A stretch of DNA of 64,000 bases from an uncultured Gammaproteobacteria bacterium (GCA_964648205.1 CAZYNT010000002.1:11371-75370), one strand, 5' to 3'. Shown: positions 41,627 through 52,127, counted from the stretch's first letter. The notes: generated by a model from the sequence alone, not told the origin. Translations and numbers: made by a program.

Positions 41627-41648
41627 ATTTTTAAAAAAATTCTTAAGA

Positions 41649-41966
41649 TTATTTTGTCCGCGGGCTAATCGGTTTTACTTTAGCCGGGTCAACCGCCTCG
41701 CTTTCATTTTTAATTAATTTATAAACCATAATTTCGCCCTGCGCATTTCTCTTCAGGGCTTGGGCCGTCGACTCGGCCGGGATATTCAGCGCCTGTTTTT
41801 CTTCGGCTGTTAAAAATTCGGGCTTAAAAACTTCTGCCGGCTCAACCTTCACTTCTTTATCCAATTTATTTTGTTCCGCCCGCTTTACTGCTAAAATAAC
41901 CACGACCAATATAATAATCAAACCGACTGCAGCCATGATTAAAATTGTAGATTTTTTATTTTTCAT
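41649..41966 (-). CDS. 105-aa single-TM protein
   Basis: TM helix ILIMAAVGLIIILVVVILAV followed by a charged extracytoplasmic tail. It lies 13 nt downstream of the 1940-aa gene. Confidence 0.4.
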   Translation of the reverse strand: MKNKKSTILIMAAVGLIIILVVVILAVKRAEQNKLDKEVKVEPAEVFKPEFLTAEEKQALNIPAESTAQALKRNAQGEIMVYKLIKNESEAVDPAKVKPISPRTK

Positions 41967-41979
41967 AACACTTGCTTGC

Positions 41980-44900
41980 TTATTTTAAACTTTCAGAATA
42001 CTTTTCTGCTTCTTTTGTTTTCTCATAATCTTTATTTACTTCTTTTAATTTAACTACCACTTCGTCGGATTTATCGCTCTCGATATTACTGATGCTAAAG
42101 GCCGACAAGGCAAAATAATTCAAAGTGGAAGTAAATTGAGCGCGATTAAAGGTCAAGCTTGTGGCCTGATTAGCCGAATCGAATGATTCGCCGTATGAAC
42201 CAGGATTAATTCCTCGATATAAACGGTAAAACAAGACACCTTCCGAGGCGGGATTTGGCGTCCAGCTGAATTTAACGGTCGTACTGCTTATTTCAACGGT
42301 CGGCTTGCTTGGTTTGGATGGTCTGGTTTGGTTGGTGGATGTAGCCGTTTTCTCGTTAGATAATGCGCTTTCAGTTCTATTGGTAGAAATAACCGACAGC
42401 TTAAAAACATAGGGTTGACCGTCAGCAAGACCGGTAATCTTGTGGGTGCAAACATAATTTGATCCGCTCGGCGAACAAGGGGCACCGGCAACCGTCACCT
42501 CTTTAGTATACATCGCGCCTTTGCCCGATTTCAAATAATATATCTTATAGGATCCGACTCCGCTGGAGGGCGAACGCCAATCAAGTTTGACTTCTCCGCC
42601 TTGTCCTGTATCAGTCGCGCCGATCAGTTCTCCGCTTGGCAGAATCGCCTCCCGAAAAAAATAAGATTCCTTCAAAACGTTCCAATAACATATCCCGTCA
42701 AGTGTGCCGTCGCCATTTTGATCTTTACCGCAAGGCGTGCCTTCTCCGGAGCAAGGTGTTTTGTCGGAACTGCAAAGTAGATTGCTGCCTTGTCCGCGCA
42801 CAACCGGCGAATTCGCGATAGCGGGCAAATCATCAAGCGTGCCGTCGGCTCCCGCATCACGGCAATAATAAAATTTATAATTATAATTTTCGCAATTTGC
42901 CGGGTTAACCGAACAATTATTAGGTAAATCCTTCCAGGGGAACCATTCTCCGGTCGACGTAATCGCCGGCCAAGGATTATCGCATAAGAAAACGAAAATA
43001 TCGCTCGCTTTGGTTTCACCGTCGCCGACAAAATAAGCGTTGCAATTAGAGCCGCAGCCGGCCGCCGGACGGAAATTATCCATATTAACAGTAGCGTTTA
43101 TTTTTGTCTGGCCGTCAGTTATGTCTGGCTGTGCGGCCACCAGCTTACGCTGCTCCGGAAGATTCGGCGTCACATTAAGAATTTGCGCAATACTAGTATT
43201 GTCGATGGACCAAATCCAATTCCAAGCATAACCCGTAACCGGGTGGAGTAACTGGTTGTTGGCACTATAGGCGCCAACGGTAAACACTTTATCGCGATCA
43301 GGCGCCGTGTCGAATGTCCGATTAGTCAAATCATTGTCTTTTTCATCCAAATCATTTTTGGTTGTTTTAAAAAGATAAGAAGCCGGACTATTTATGACAT
43401 AATCAATTGCGCAGATACCGGCATTAACTCCCTGGTCAGACAGAGTCGTGAATTGAAAACTATAAGAATTTAAATAAGCCTTCTTATTAAACTTGACTTT
43501 TCCGCTGGGAATAAACTCACCATCGCCTTCGTCGAGTCCTCTTTCATTCATGCCAATTTTCGAAAAACTCAAAACGCCTGTTTGGCTATTTAAAGATTCA
43601 TCGCCTTTAACGACCGCATAATATTTAGTTGACGGAGAAAGAACCCTTGCTGGCACAAAGATCAAATTAGTCCGCGAACCCGCTTCTTCGGCGCTAACCG
43701 TGCCCGGTATGGCGCAATATAATTTAGAAGGATCGGGCTCCGTAGCGAAAGCTTGATCACTATCCCGGCTGAATAAGCGGTTAAGTTTCAGGTTGATTGT
43801 CTGCCAGAGGCGGGCAAAAACATTTTTCTGATTCGGGCGCATTAAGTCATTAATCGTTCCGGCATCCGTTAAGAATGTCCCGGCCGGACAAACCCCGTTG
43901 CCATAAGTTCTCTCTTCAAATAATAAGAAATTATTACCAAAACTGGTCAAATCCATATTCTGATTAAAAGTGACTCGCATAGAAGCGTTGCGGCAGACAT
44001 TGGTGGCCGCAGAAGCGGGCAGCGTTTCTTCTACGCTGGGACGGGCCTGGCAACAACCATCTAAACCGCAGCCCGTAGTATTAATTGCCCCGCAGTCATT
44101 ATCATTGGTACAGCCGCAGCATAAACCGCGGCCCGAACCGGTGCAAGACCCCATATCGGCTTGGCAATGCAGATTCGGCGTTGATGAACTGACGCAAGAG
44201 TCCGGAGTGTTGCCAACTTGGCAACAGCAGGTGCCGCAATCAGGAAAAGCGCCGCCTTCTCCCGTATCTTTCAGACAGGCGAATCCCGGAAAATTACACA
44301 AACCAAAATTACAGCTTGAAGTGGCGTTATAATCTTTACAGCCTAAACCGGCGCCTCCCGGCGGATTACCACAGAATAAAGCGCAGGTCGAAGTGTTGGT
44401 GAAAATCGGGGTGGTGGTCGGCGTTGGATCACAAAGTAAGGGGTTGCCCGGAGGCGTTTGGCAAGTATAGTAAGCACAATAGCCGACGTTAGAACCTTCA
44501 ACTATCTTATTGCCCGACAAACAGTGAAAAGTGGTGGCGTCATAGCAACAGGCCGCTTCATTCATGCATGAATCTTGATTATTGTCGAAAGCGCGGCAAG
44601 GATCACTTCCAATGCCTTCCGGACAATTGCGGATACAGCTATTAACATTATTGAAGGAACCAATTTTAAGCGGGGTGGTTGAAGCACAAACCAGAGGATC
44701 CGCGGGCGGAGTTTGGCAATTAAAATAAGCACAATATCCATAATCCGACATGAAAGGATTGGTATTAACGACCGTCCCGCCATTCAATCCTCGGCAAATA
44801 TCATCGGTCGTGGTCGGGGTCTTATTAGAATCAAAACAACAGACCGAAGAATGATCGCCGCAATTATTTTGACTCGTAATCTTGGAACAATCGACGCAGA

Positions 44901-47802
44901 CGCCCTCCGGATGATCCGCGCTAATATCACAATATTGGGAAGTGTGCCCGGTACAATTACAAGCCGCATCATGCTCTGTTGTCGAAGTGCCAATAAGGCC
45001 GCAGCCCGAGCAATAACCGTAAGTATTACTATTGTTAATTAAATCGGATCCGCATTTCCCAGTACACTCCAGCCCGGCGCAGCAATCTTGCTGAGCTTGC
45101 CCGATACGGCAGCAGCATTCACAGCTGGGCGCCACATCAATTATACATTTATCGGCTTCTGTCACTACGGGATTATCAATACATTTGGCGCCCGCAGCCG
45201 TACAGAGCTTACTGGAAACGCAGCGGCCGGTAGAATTAACCAGTGTACAATTTAATCCGCTGCTGCAAAGATCACAGCTAGTATTATTTTCTATGCAACG
45301 ATTGCCCGGAGTGCGCGTCCAGCCTTCAGGACAAGAGCCCGGCGAAACTATCTCCCAGCGCCCGTCCCCATTACAAGTTTTTTCAGTAGTATATGAATGT
45401 CCTAAAATTATATAAGTGATTGACTCGGGTAAAGAGCAGGATCCTCTTTTTACACATTTATCGATTGACTCATTGTAAATACAAGTGGAGGGGCTGCATC
45501 CTGTAACTCCTTGGCAGGTTATATCGCAAACGCCCACAGTTTTTTGGTAGCTTACAGGCGGCGCCGAACAAGCCCCGGGGCTATTGGGGCACATCGCCCC
45601 CTGGTAACAAGTACCTAAATAATTAGACAATCCGAAACAGCTATCAAAGGTCGGCGTGGTCGTCGCATCAAAGCTAGTGCTGAACCCCCACTCAAAAACT
45701 GAAGTGGGCACATCAACAAAACATTCATTTATATTAGCAACACAGCGGCCCTTCTTATACGTATTGACCGGGCAGCAGACTTGATTATTACATTCTTCAT
45801 TTTTCGTGCATTCGCCAACCGTAAAATTCAATTCATTTCCCCACTCATTATTTTTTATAACTTTAACCGGACCGGTAACCGCGGTTGGCGGAACGGCCGC
45901 CGTGATTGTGTCGGCGCCATTTTCTCTGCCGATTGTTCCGTTAGCGTCTTTATTATAATTAAATCTAATTGTCCCTTTATTGCCGGCAGTGCCGAAATAT
46001 TCCCCCCATAAAGTAACCGGCGTATCTATCGGCCCCTGTTCGGGATTAATCCGGCAGGAGCTGGTTTTTAAGGAAAGAGTATTATCAAACCTGAAAGTAT
46101 TGGGGTTTAAATTTTCCGTTGTAATCGTGCTCGTGCCTAAAGTAATCTGGATTTGATAATTGTCATTAACTAAACCTTCCGGCACTTTAACAATAATTTG
46201 ATTGTCTCGCCAAACCGAATTCGCACAAATAGCAGGAAACGAATAAGAAGCTTCAGTCTTATTATTGCCAATCGCAAAATAAACCTGATTGCTCCCCCTG
46301 GTTCCGCCAAATCCAGACCCCCTAATAGTAATATACTGGCCCGTATTTCCTTCAATCGGAGTAAACGACATAATATAGGGACCGGCGCCAACTTCCTGCT
46401 CTTTTATAAACTTGAGATAATTACTTTTTTGCGGGAAACCGGCCATTGTCCTTTCCACAAAACTCCCCGAATCACCCGCATGAATATTAGGAGTCGTCGA
46501 GGTGCCGGACAAACCGGAAGGAATACTGAAATTTGAATCTAATCCGCTGACATTATTTTGATAATTGCCGAAATAAGCTTTGCCAGTATATAAATTTATT
46601 CCCTGGTAAGAAATTTCCGTGCTTAACAGTCCCCTGTTAGGATTAAGGTAACATAAACCGGGGCGATTAATGCGGTTGGCCGTAAAATCTGGGATGTTCG
46701 GACCAAAATCATTATTAGTGACATCCGACAAATTATCCCCGTTAACAACTTTGATGGGACCGCTTTGAACGCCGGGAGAAACAACTACGACAATTTGATC
46801 GTCGTGCCACGAATTTATACAAAGAGGGTTAAGAGCGGACGGCAACCCCGCAACTTTAGGATCCTCAACGCCTAAAAATATCACTTGACTGGTCGTTGTC
46901 GAATATTCGCCGAAGCTTTTCCCGAAAATAGTAATAAAATTATTGGTAGCGCCATTGGGAGTATCTAAATTACAGGTATCTGCGTTGCCGCAATCTTCGT
47001 CTTGTAAGCACGGTTGGTCAAAATTGGCGTTGCAAAAACCGCCCGCTGGACTGATTCCGGTAATAACCGGCGGGCCCGAACATAAACAAGTCGTCGGATT
47101 ACAGGTCAAATATTCGGAACAGCGGTTATCATCAGGATCGCACTGGGTATTATTCAAATCCGTATCGCAAGAATCGCCCGAACCGCCTTGCGCCTGGCAA
47201 AGACAGCTGTTATCGCAAAAATAGCCGGCTATACAATTATCATACGGCTGGCAGCCGAGGCTTGGACTAGCGTCGCAACTAGACGGCGGGGTCAAACAAT
47301 TCGCGGGATTAGAACCAATGCAAGGTCCCCAGGCTCCATCGCTACAAACCATGGTCCCATCGCATTGGCAGGAACGGGTTTCGTTTTCAATACAGCCGCT
47401 GGTGGGGTTAATCGTGCCGCCGAGCTGTGTTAATATAAAAGTAGCTATCGCCCAAGAAGAAAGCACAATAACCAGGCCGATAACACCATTCTTCAGGGTC
47501 TGTTTTGCTTTATTAATCTTTTCTTCTTCGCCGTTCGAGGTCATCCACATAAACCCGGCGTAAAGGATGATACCTATCGCAATCACGCCCAAAAATCCGA
47601 GCGCCCAATTGATTATGCGCCCGGCGATTGTCCGAGGATCTCCCGAGGCCAGCGTACCCCCCAATCCATTATTTACCGCTTCCGTACCAAAGTCGGCCGC
47701 CAATAAAAATCTGGCGCAAAAAAGTCCTCCGGCTAAAAGAAGAAAAATAAATAATTTTTTGGCGAATTTTTTTTGCCCCAACTTCACAAATTTATAAATC
47801 AA
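41980..47802 (-). CDS. giant (1940 aa) surface protein: VirB2/TrbC-like pilin module fused to Cys-rich, IPT/TIG-like and FN3-like ectodomains
   Basis: N-terminus: a signal/TM, then DPRTIAGRIINWALGFLGVIAIGIILYAGFMWMTSNGEEEKINKAKQTLKNGVIGLVIVLSSWAIATFIL, i.e. two hydrophobic helices joined by a short charged loop. IPT-like repeats follow (PVITGISP...ITIFGKSFG; GPYIMSFTP...ITIRGSGFG), then several hundred residues dense in Cys, and two FN3-like modules at the C-terminus. Confidence 0.6.
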   Translation of the reverse strand: MIYKFVKLGQKKFAKKLFIFLLLAGGLFCARFLLAADFGTEAVNNGLGGTLASGDPRTIAGRIINWALGFLGVIAIGIILYAGFMWMTSNGEEEKINKAKQTLKNGVIGLVIVLSSWAIATFILTQLGGTINPTSGCIENETRSCQCDGTMVCSDGAWGPCIGSNPANCLTPPSSCDASPSLGCQPYDNCIAGYFCDNSCLCQAQGGSGDSCDTDLNNTQCDPDDNRCSEYLTCNPTTCLCSGPPVITGISPAGGFCNANFDQPCLQDEDCGNADTCNLDTPNGATNNFITIFGKSFGEYSTTTSQVIFLGVEDPKVAGLPSALNPLCINSWHDDQIVVVVSPGVQSGPIKVVNGDNLSDVTNNDFGPNIPDFTANRINRPGLCYLNPNRGLLSTEISYQGINLYTGKAYFGNYQNNVSGLDSNFSIPSGLSGTSTTPNIHAGDSGSFVERTMAGFPQKSNYLKFIKEQEVGAGPYIMSFTPIEGNTGQYITIRGSGFGGTRGSNQVYFAIGNNKTEASYSFPAICANSVWRDNQIIVKVPEGLVNDNYQIQITLGTSTITTENLNPNTFRFDNTLSLKTSSCRINPEQGPIDTPVTLWGEYFGTAGNKGTIRFNYNKDANGTIGRENGADTITAAVPPTAVTGPVKVIKNNEWGNELNFTVGECTKNEECNNQVCCPVNTYKKGRCVANINECFVDVPTSVFEWGFSTSFDATTTPTFDSCFGLSNYLGTCYQGAMCPNSPGACSAPPVSYQKTVGVCDITCQGVTGCSPSTCIYNESIDKCVKRGSCSLPESITYIILGHSYTTEKTCNGDGRWEIVSPGSCPEGWTRTPGNRCIENNTSCDLCSSGLNCTLVNSTGRCVSSKLCTAAGAKCIDNPVVTEADKCIIDVAPSCECCCRIGQAQQDCCAGLECTGKCGSDLINNSNTYGYCSGCGLIGTSTTEHDAACNCTGHTSQYCDISADHPEGVCVDCSKITSQNNCGDHSSVCCFDSNKTPTTTDDICRGLNGGTVVNTNPFMSDYGYCAYFNCQTPPADPLVCASTTPLKIGSFNNVNSCIRNCPEGIGSDPCRAFDNNQDSCMNEAACCYDATTFHCLSGNKIVEGSNVGYCAYYTCQTPPGNPLLCDPTPTTTPIFTNTSTCALFCGNPPGGAGLGCKDYNATSSCNFGLCNFPGFACLKDTGEGGAFPDCGTCCCQVGNTPDSCVSSSTPNLHCQADMGSCTGSGRGLCCGCTNDNDCGAINTTGCGLDGCCQARPSVEETLPASAATNVCRNASMRVTFNQNMDLTSFGNNFLLFEERTYGNGVCPAGTFLTDAGTINDLMRPNQKNVFARLWQTINLKLNRLFSRDSDQAFATEPDPSKLYCAIPGTVSAEEAGSRTNLIFVPARVLSPSTKYYAVVKGDESLNSQTGVLSFSKIGMNERGLDEGDGEFIPSGKVKFNKKAYLNSYSFQFTTLSDQGVNAGICAIDYVINSPASYLFKTTKNDLDEKDNDLTNRTFDTAPDRDKVFTVGAYSANNQLLHPVTGYAWNWIWSIDNTSIAQILNVTPNLPEQRKLVAAQPDITDGQTKINATVNMDNFRPAAGCGSNCNAYFVGDGETKASDIFVFLCDNPWPAITSTGEWFPWKDLPNNCSVNPANCENYNYKFYYCRDAGADGTLDDLPAIANSPVVRGQGSNLLCSSDKTPCSGEGTPCGKDQNGDGTLDGICYWNVLKESYFFREAILPSGELIGATDTGQGGEVKLDWRSPSSGVGSYKIYYLKSGKGAMYTKEVTVAGAPCSPSGSNYVCTHKITGLADGQPYVFKLSVISTNRTESALSNEKTATSTNQTRPSKPSKPTVEISSTTVKFSWTPNPASEGVLFYRLYRGINPGSYGESFDSANQATSLTFNRAQFTSTLNYFALSAFSISNIESDKSDEVVVKLKEVNKDYEKTKEAEKYSESLK

Positions 47803-47835
47803 TTATAATAAACTTTACTATTGGTATAAACCTTA

Positions 47836-50580
47836 CTATTGGCAGTTGCCATCCGCGTCCAGTGTGCTCGTAGCGACTCCAAAACAACAGGAAGGCTTAA
47901 GCTCAGTCACGGGGCAGCCCACGCCCGCGCTAGGTTTATAGCAATTCTGATAAATATCCCTTACCCCCGACCCGGCCTGCGCACGATAGGACATCGACTC
48001 GGAAAGAGCGGTATGCTTCAGCCAAGAAATGGTTTTATCGGGCTCGCCATCAAGCGGCGCAGTGTCGATATTGTCATTAGCGATCCAATAGCCGAGAGCG
48101 CTTGGCGCCAAGCTCTTCAAATTAAGCAGCTTATGCTCAACCGTAGTTGATCCGTTATCGATTAAGCGGCTCCCGGTCAACAAACTGCTATTCATCATCA
48201 AAGAACTCCAGGCAATCCGAATCGGATCGGCTAAAGCTACTCCCATGGTTCCCTGGGAAGGAGTAACCATTTCAATCTGGGGCGGAGTCAACATAATCGT
48301 ATCGTTGACATAAAAAGACCAACGATAATTATCCTTTTTGTCCAAATTGCCGGAAGGAGGAAAATTATCATCATAAAAATTAATCGGTCCGTCAGAAAAA
48401 ACATCACGATCGCCGTCAAAAGAATTAACAGCCGTATCAATAATACCATTTAAAGCGCTGCTGGCTGTCGGATAATTTTTGGCGTCTATATTCTGGCAAG
48501 TCTTATATTCTAGAGGGGTGGAGGAACAAGTTGTGAAAGGCGAAAAAGCTAAACAGTCATTATCGGTTGCGCAGATTTTCAAATCAGCCGATTTCATCTC
48601 AACTAACAAGTGGCTGTTAGCCGGCAGGCAATATATCTTTTCGCCACAGCCATTAACACCGCACTCATTATCGGAAATAAATTCAACCGTCTTATAGACA
48701 TTACTGACCAGAAATTTTCCTCCAAGATAATCACCGATACAGACTTTGTTATTAGTAGAACCTTCGCATTTATAGGAACGGCAATCAGAATTTTGGACGC
48801 AGGGCGTACTGCTAGCCGTACTGGTCGCTCTAAAATTAACTATCCTTATATACTCAGCAACCTCGGAGGCTAGCCCCGAGACCTTGAGCGGATTAACCGG
48901 TTCACTGAAATTAATTTGGATAACCGTATTCATCGGCACGTCTTTTTTGTCCATAACCTGAGCTAAATCTTGACGATCAACCCCTCCTTGGAAGGCTCGA
49001 ATTTGTAGGGCGGTGTTATTGGTAGTATTTATAACTATATTGTTGCCGCTTGCGCCGGCGACTTTAGCGGTCAGGGTAACCGTATTGCGACTGCGATCAA
49101 CATTGACCAGCGGATCGCCGCTTAAAGTCATGTAAATGGAACTAGCTTGATTTCTCGTATCACAAACCATGGGATTCACATAAATATTGTTGTCGCCCGT
49201 GGCCCAAGACGAACCCGACGAAAAAGTATATACCTTATCTCCGATCGTTAGCGTGTCAGCTAATCGTTCCGGGGTTAAAGTAATTTCCCAGGCGCTACCT
49301 CTTTCACGATTGATCGCTTTCAAGATAAAATAACCGGCAAATTTAGCATTGCCCTGATTATCAAAATCCGCAAATCCCAATAAATTTGTAATATTATTGC
49401 CGTCAAATAACTGCGCCCGATCAAGCGAATCCGAAGAAACAACCACTCTGAATTTTGTAATATCGCCTTGATAATTGAGAGGTGTGGCCGAAGCGGACGG
49501 CGTCGCGCCAATCGGATCGACTCTGACGATTCTTGAAGCCCGATAAACATTGGGGCAGCTATTGACGGTTATTGAACTTTTAGCGGCTACGGCCGGAGCC
49601 GTTAGATTATTAATATCTTTTTCGTTATCAGGGCGCGGGAAAATACCGCCAAAAACAACTTTGGGCGGAATTAAATCAAGACGCGTACCAACTTCAAATT
49701 TCCAACTAAAATAGTTGCTACTGCAATTTTTAAACATCGAAGAATCGTCGGTTTTCTTTTTTAAATCACTGGTTAGCTTGACCGAATACCAAACATTGGT
49801 GGTCGAATTTCCTAAATAACTAACTGGGGTTAAAACTAAGATTTTTGGAGATGATGTTGAAACCGCAACGTTTACATCCGTGATATTGCCATTAGGATTC
49901 GGACAAGTGCCGCTAGCGCAAGCATCGCCTAAATCAGTCTTGTAAATCCTTATAGCCAGCGGATTTATTTTACTGCAGACGTTATTATCGCAGGCGCAAG
50001 ATTGGCCGGAAGAATTAACACAGACGCTTTCTAATTTAACTTCCTCTTTCAGCGTAATAATAATGGCGCTGTTACGGGCGACATCGGTCTGGCCGTTCTC
50101 GGGATAAACCATTTGCACCGTACAAGCACCCATCGCGCCAAAACCGGGATCAATAAAATTCCCGCCACCAGCGCCCGGATTAACGCCTCCGCCGTTAATC
50201 GCTCCCCATAGCCTGGTTAAAATAAAGGTGGTTATAGCCCAAGAAGATAAAATTATAACTAGTCCAATAACCGCATTTTTTAAAATTTGTTTTGCTTTCG
50301 AAATTTTGTCCTCGTCGCCGTTTGAAGTCATCCAAAGGAATCCGGCATACATTATTAAAATTAAAGCGATCACGCCTAAAAAGCTCAAAGCGACTTGGAT
50401 AATGCGGCCGATAATCACGCGCGGATCGCCTTGCGCGAGGGCAACAACATTAGAAACTGGATCGATGCCGAAGTCGGCCGCTAACGAAAAATTAGCTCCG
50501 ACCACCAGGGTAATCAGGCCAAAAATAAAAATAAATAATTTCGCTTTTTTAGGCATTAGAAAAGATAAAAAAACTTTCAA
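47836..50580 (-). CDS. 914-aa surface protein, paralogous VirB2/TrbC-like pilin module plus Ig-like/Cys-containing ectodomain
   Basis: The N-terminal ~130 aa are closely similar to the 1940-aa protein (DPRVIIGRIIQVALSFLGVIALILIMYAGFLWMTSNGDEDKISKAKQILKNAVIGLVIILSSWAITTFIL). A SbsA-Ig-like segment VYPENGQTDVARNSAIIITLKEEV follows. Confidence 0.6.
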   Translation of the reverse strand: MKVFLSFLMPKKAKLFIFIFGLITLVVGANFSLAADFGIDPVSNVVALAQGDPRVIIGRIIQVALSFLGVIALILIMYAGFLWMTSNGDEDKISKAKQILKNAVIGLVIILSSWAITTFILTRLWGAINGGGVNPGAGGGNFIDPGFGAMGACTVQMVYPENGQTDVARNSAIIITLKEEVKLESVCVNSSGQSCACDNNVCSKINPLAIRIYKTDLGDACASGTCPNPNGNITDVNVAVSTSSPKILVLTPVSYLGNSTTNVWYSVKLTSDLKKKTDDSSMFKNCSSNYFSWKFEVGTRLDLIPPKVVFGGIFPRPDNEKDINNLTAPAVAAKSSITVNSCPNVYRASRIVRVDPIGATPSASATPLNYQGDITKFRVVVSSDSLDRAQLFDGNNITNLLGFADFDNQGNAKFAGYFILKAINRERGSAWEITLTPERLADTLTIGDKVYTFSSGSSWATGDNNIYVNPMVCDTRNQASSIYMTLSGDPLVNVDRSRNTVTLTAKVAGASGNNIVINTTNNTALQIRAFQGGVDRQDLAQVMDKKDVPMNTVIQINFSEPVNPLKVSGLASEVAEYIRIVNFRATSTASSTPCVQNSDCRSYKCEGSTNNKVCIGDYLGGKFLVSNVYKTVEFISDNECGVNGCGEKIYCLPANSHLLVEMKSADLKICATDNDCLAFSPFTTCSSTPLEYKTCQNIDAKNYPTASSALNGIIDTAVNSFDGDRDVFSDGPINFYDDNFPPSGNLDKKDNYRWSFYVNDTIMLTPPQIEMVTPSQGTMGVALADPIRIAWSSLMMNSSLLTGSRLIDNGSTTVEHKLLNLKSLAPSALGYWIANDNIDTAPLDGEPDKTISWLKHTALSESMSYRAQAGSGVRDIYQNCYKPSAGVGCPVTELKPSCCFGVATSTLDADGNCQ

Positions 50581-50651
50581 ATTATTTTCTCTCTTGATAT
50601 AATCTAGATGACTTTATTATAACATAAAGCTCAAAAAAGAAAAACAGTTTT

Positions 50652-52127
50652 ATGACTATTGAACGGATTATTAAAAAATTTACGGAAAACCATCCGGGAG
50701 AGGACGCTTCTATCTTAGAAAAAGCTTTTAAATTTGCCGAAATGGCTCATGAAGGACAGTTGAGAAAGAACGGCGAGCCCTACATTCAGCACCCCCTCCA
50801 TACCGCTTATATACTCGCCGAAATCAAAGCCGATTTAGCAACGGTGGCGGCGGGCATTCTCCACGATGTGCCCGAAGATACCAGCCATGGGTTAGAAGAA
50901 GTAAAAAAAATTTTTGGAGCGGAAGTGGCGAATCTAGTTAAAGGTGTAACTAAACTAGGAAAAATCCGTTACCGCGGCATTGAGCGCTATCGAGAAAATC
51001 TAAAGAAAATGTTCCTGGCTATAACCTCTGATCTGCGCGTCGTCTTCATTAAATTCTGCGACCGCCTCCACAACTTGCGCACTTTAGAAAACCTGCCGCC
51101 GGAAAAACAAAAAAGAATCGCCCAGGAAACTTTAGAAATCTACGCGCCGATCGCCGGTCTCTTGGGCATCGGGCGCTTAAAATGGCAGATGGAAGATATC
51201 TGCTTTAAATATCTTTATCCTGAACAATTCCATGAAATAGAATATAAATACGAAGTGGAGAAGAAAGTGGAACGCAACCGTTTTTTTCAAAAAGTAAAAG
51301 ATATTCTTATCCCTAAGCTAAAAGAAGCAAACATCACCTGCGAAATAGAGGCCCGCTTCAAACATCTCTACGGCATTTACCGCAAAATGCAGGAAAAAGA
51401 TAAACAATTCAACGAAATCTATGATGTTTTCGGCTTACGGATAATTGTATCAACAATTGATGACTGCTATAAAGTTTTGGGCATCATCCATACTCTCTGG
51501 AAACCAAAGCCGAACAGATTCAAGGACTATATCGCCGTTCCGAAACCAAACGGCTACCGATCTCTGCATACAACCATTTTTGGCCCCGAGGGAAAAGCGG
51601 CGGAATTCCAAATTAGAACCAGAGAAATGCATGAAGAATCTATTTACGGCTTATCGGCCCACTGGTACTACAAATCAAAAAGAGGACGAAAAAATTACCA
51701 GCCGCCTTCCTGGGTTAAGGAGATTATTGACATCCAAAAAGAAATTACCAACACCTCCGAACTCGTAAAAAAAATAAAGTTGGACATCTTCCGCGATCGC
51801 ATCTTTGTTTTTTCTCCCCAAGGAGATGTTTTTGAACTCCCTGAAAAATCGACGCCGATCGATTTTGCTTATGCCGTACACACCAGCGTAGGCAACAAAG
51901 CGTCCGGGGTTATTATCAATGATAAGTTGAGCCGTCTGGACCAAGAATTAAAAAACGGCGATTTAGTAGAAATCATCACTGAAAAAGACCGCAGCCATCC
52001 GAACAAAGATTGGCTCAAATTTGTTAAAACCAGACGAGCGCGCGACCAAATAAAGCAATTCGCCAAAAAATCAACTTTCGAAAATATAAAACGTTTCCTT
52101 CCTGGAATAAAACAAAAATCCTCCTAG
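50652..52127 (+). CDS. rel: short RelA/SpoT homolog (HD hydrolase + synthetase + TGS, no C-terminal regulatory domains)
   Basis: 491 aa. The HD region is HEGQLRKNGEPYIQHP...ILHDVPEDT, the synthetase region contains YRSLHTTI, and TGS is VFSPQGDVFELPEKSTPIDFAYAVHTSVG. The protein ends about 60 aa after TGS. Confidence 0.8.
   Translation: MTIERIIKKFTENHPGEDASILEKAFKFAEMAHEGQLRKNGEPYIQHPLHTAYILAEIKADLATVAAGILHDVPEDTSHGLEEVKKIFGAEVANLVKGVTKLGKIRYRGIERYRENLKKMFLAITSDLRVVFIKFCDRLHNLRTLENLPPEKQKRIAQETLEIYAPIAGLLGIGRLKWQMEDICFKYLYPEQFHEIEYKYEVEKKVERNRFFQKVKDILIPKLKEANITCEIEARFKHLYGIYRKMQEKDKQFNEIYDVFGLRIIVSTIDDCYKVLGIIHTLWKPKPNRFKDYIAVPKPNGYRSLHTTIFGPEGKAAEFQIRTREMHEESIYGLSAHWYYKSKRGRKNYQPPSWVKEIIDIQKEITNTSELVKKIKLDIFRDRIFVFSPQGDVFELPEKSTPIDFAYAVHTSVGNKASGVIINDKLSRLDQELKNGDLVEIITEKDRSHPNKDWLKFVKTRRARDQIKQFAKKSTFENIKRFLPGIKQKSS

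Noticed and set aside
41153-50602. Many 60-125-aa ORFs in the track lie on the plus strand and in alternative minus frames across the two giant genes and the 240-aa gene (for example 44713-45042, 46198-46536, 47188-47433, 50228-50602).
   Set aside because: They lie entirely inside long, motif-rich minus-strand ORFs, have Arg/Ser/Pro-rich shadow-frame composition, and have no start or SD context. They are treated as antisense shadows.
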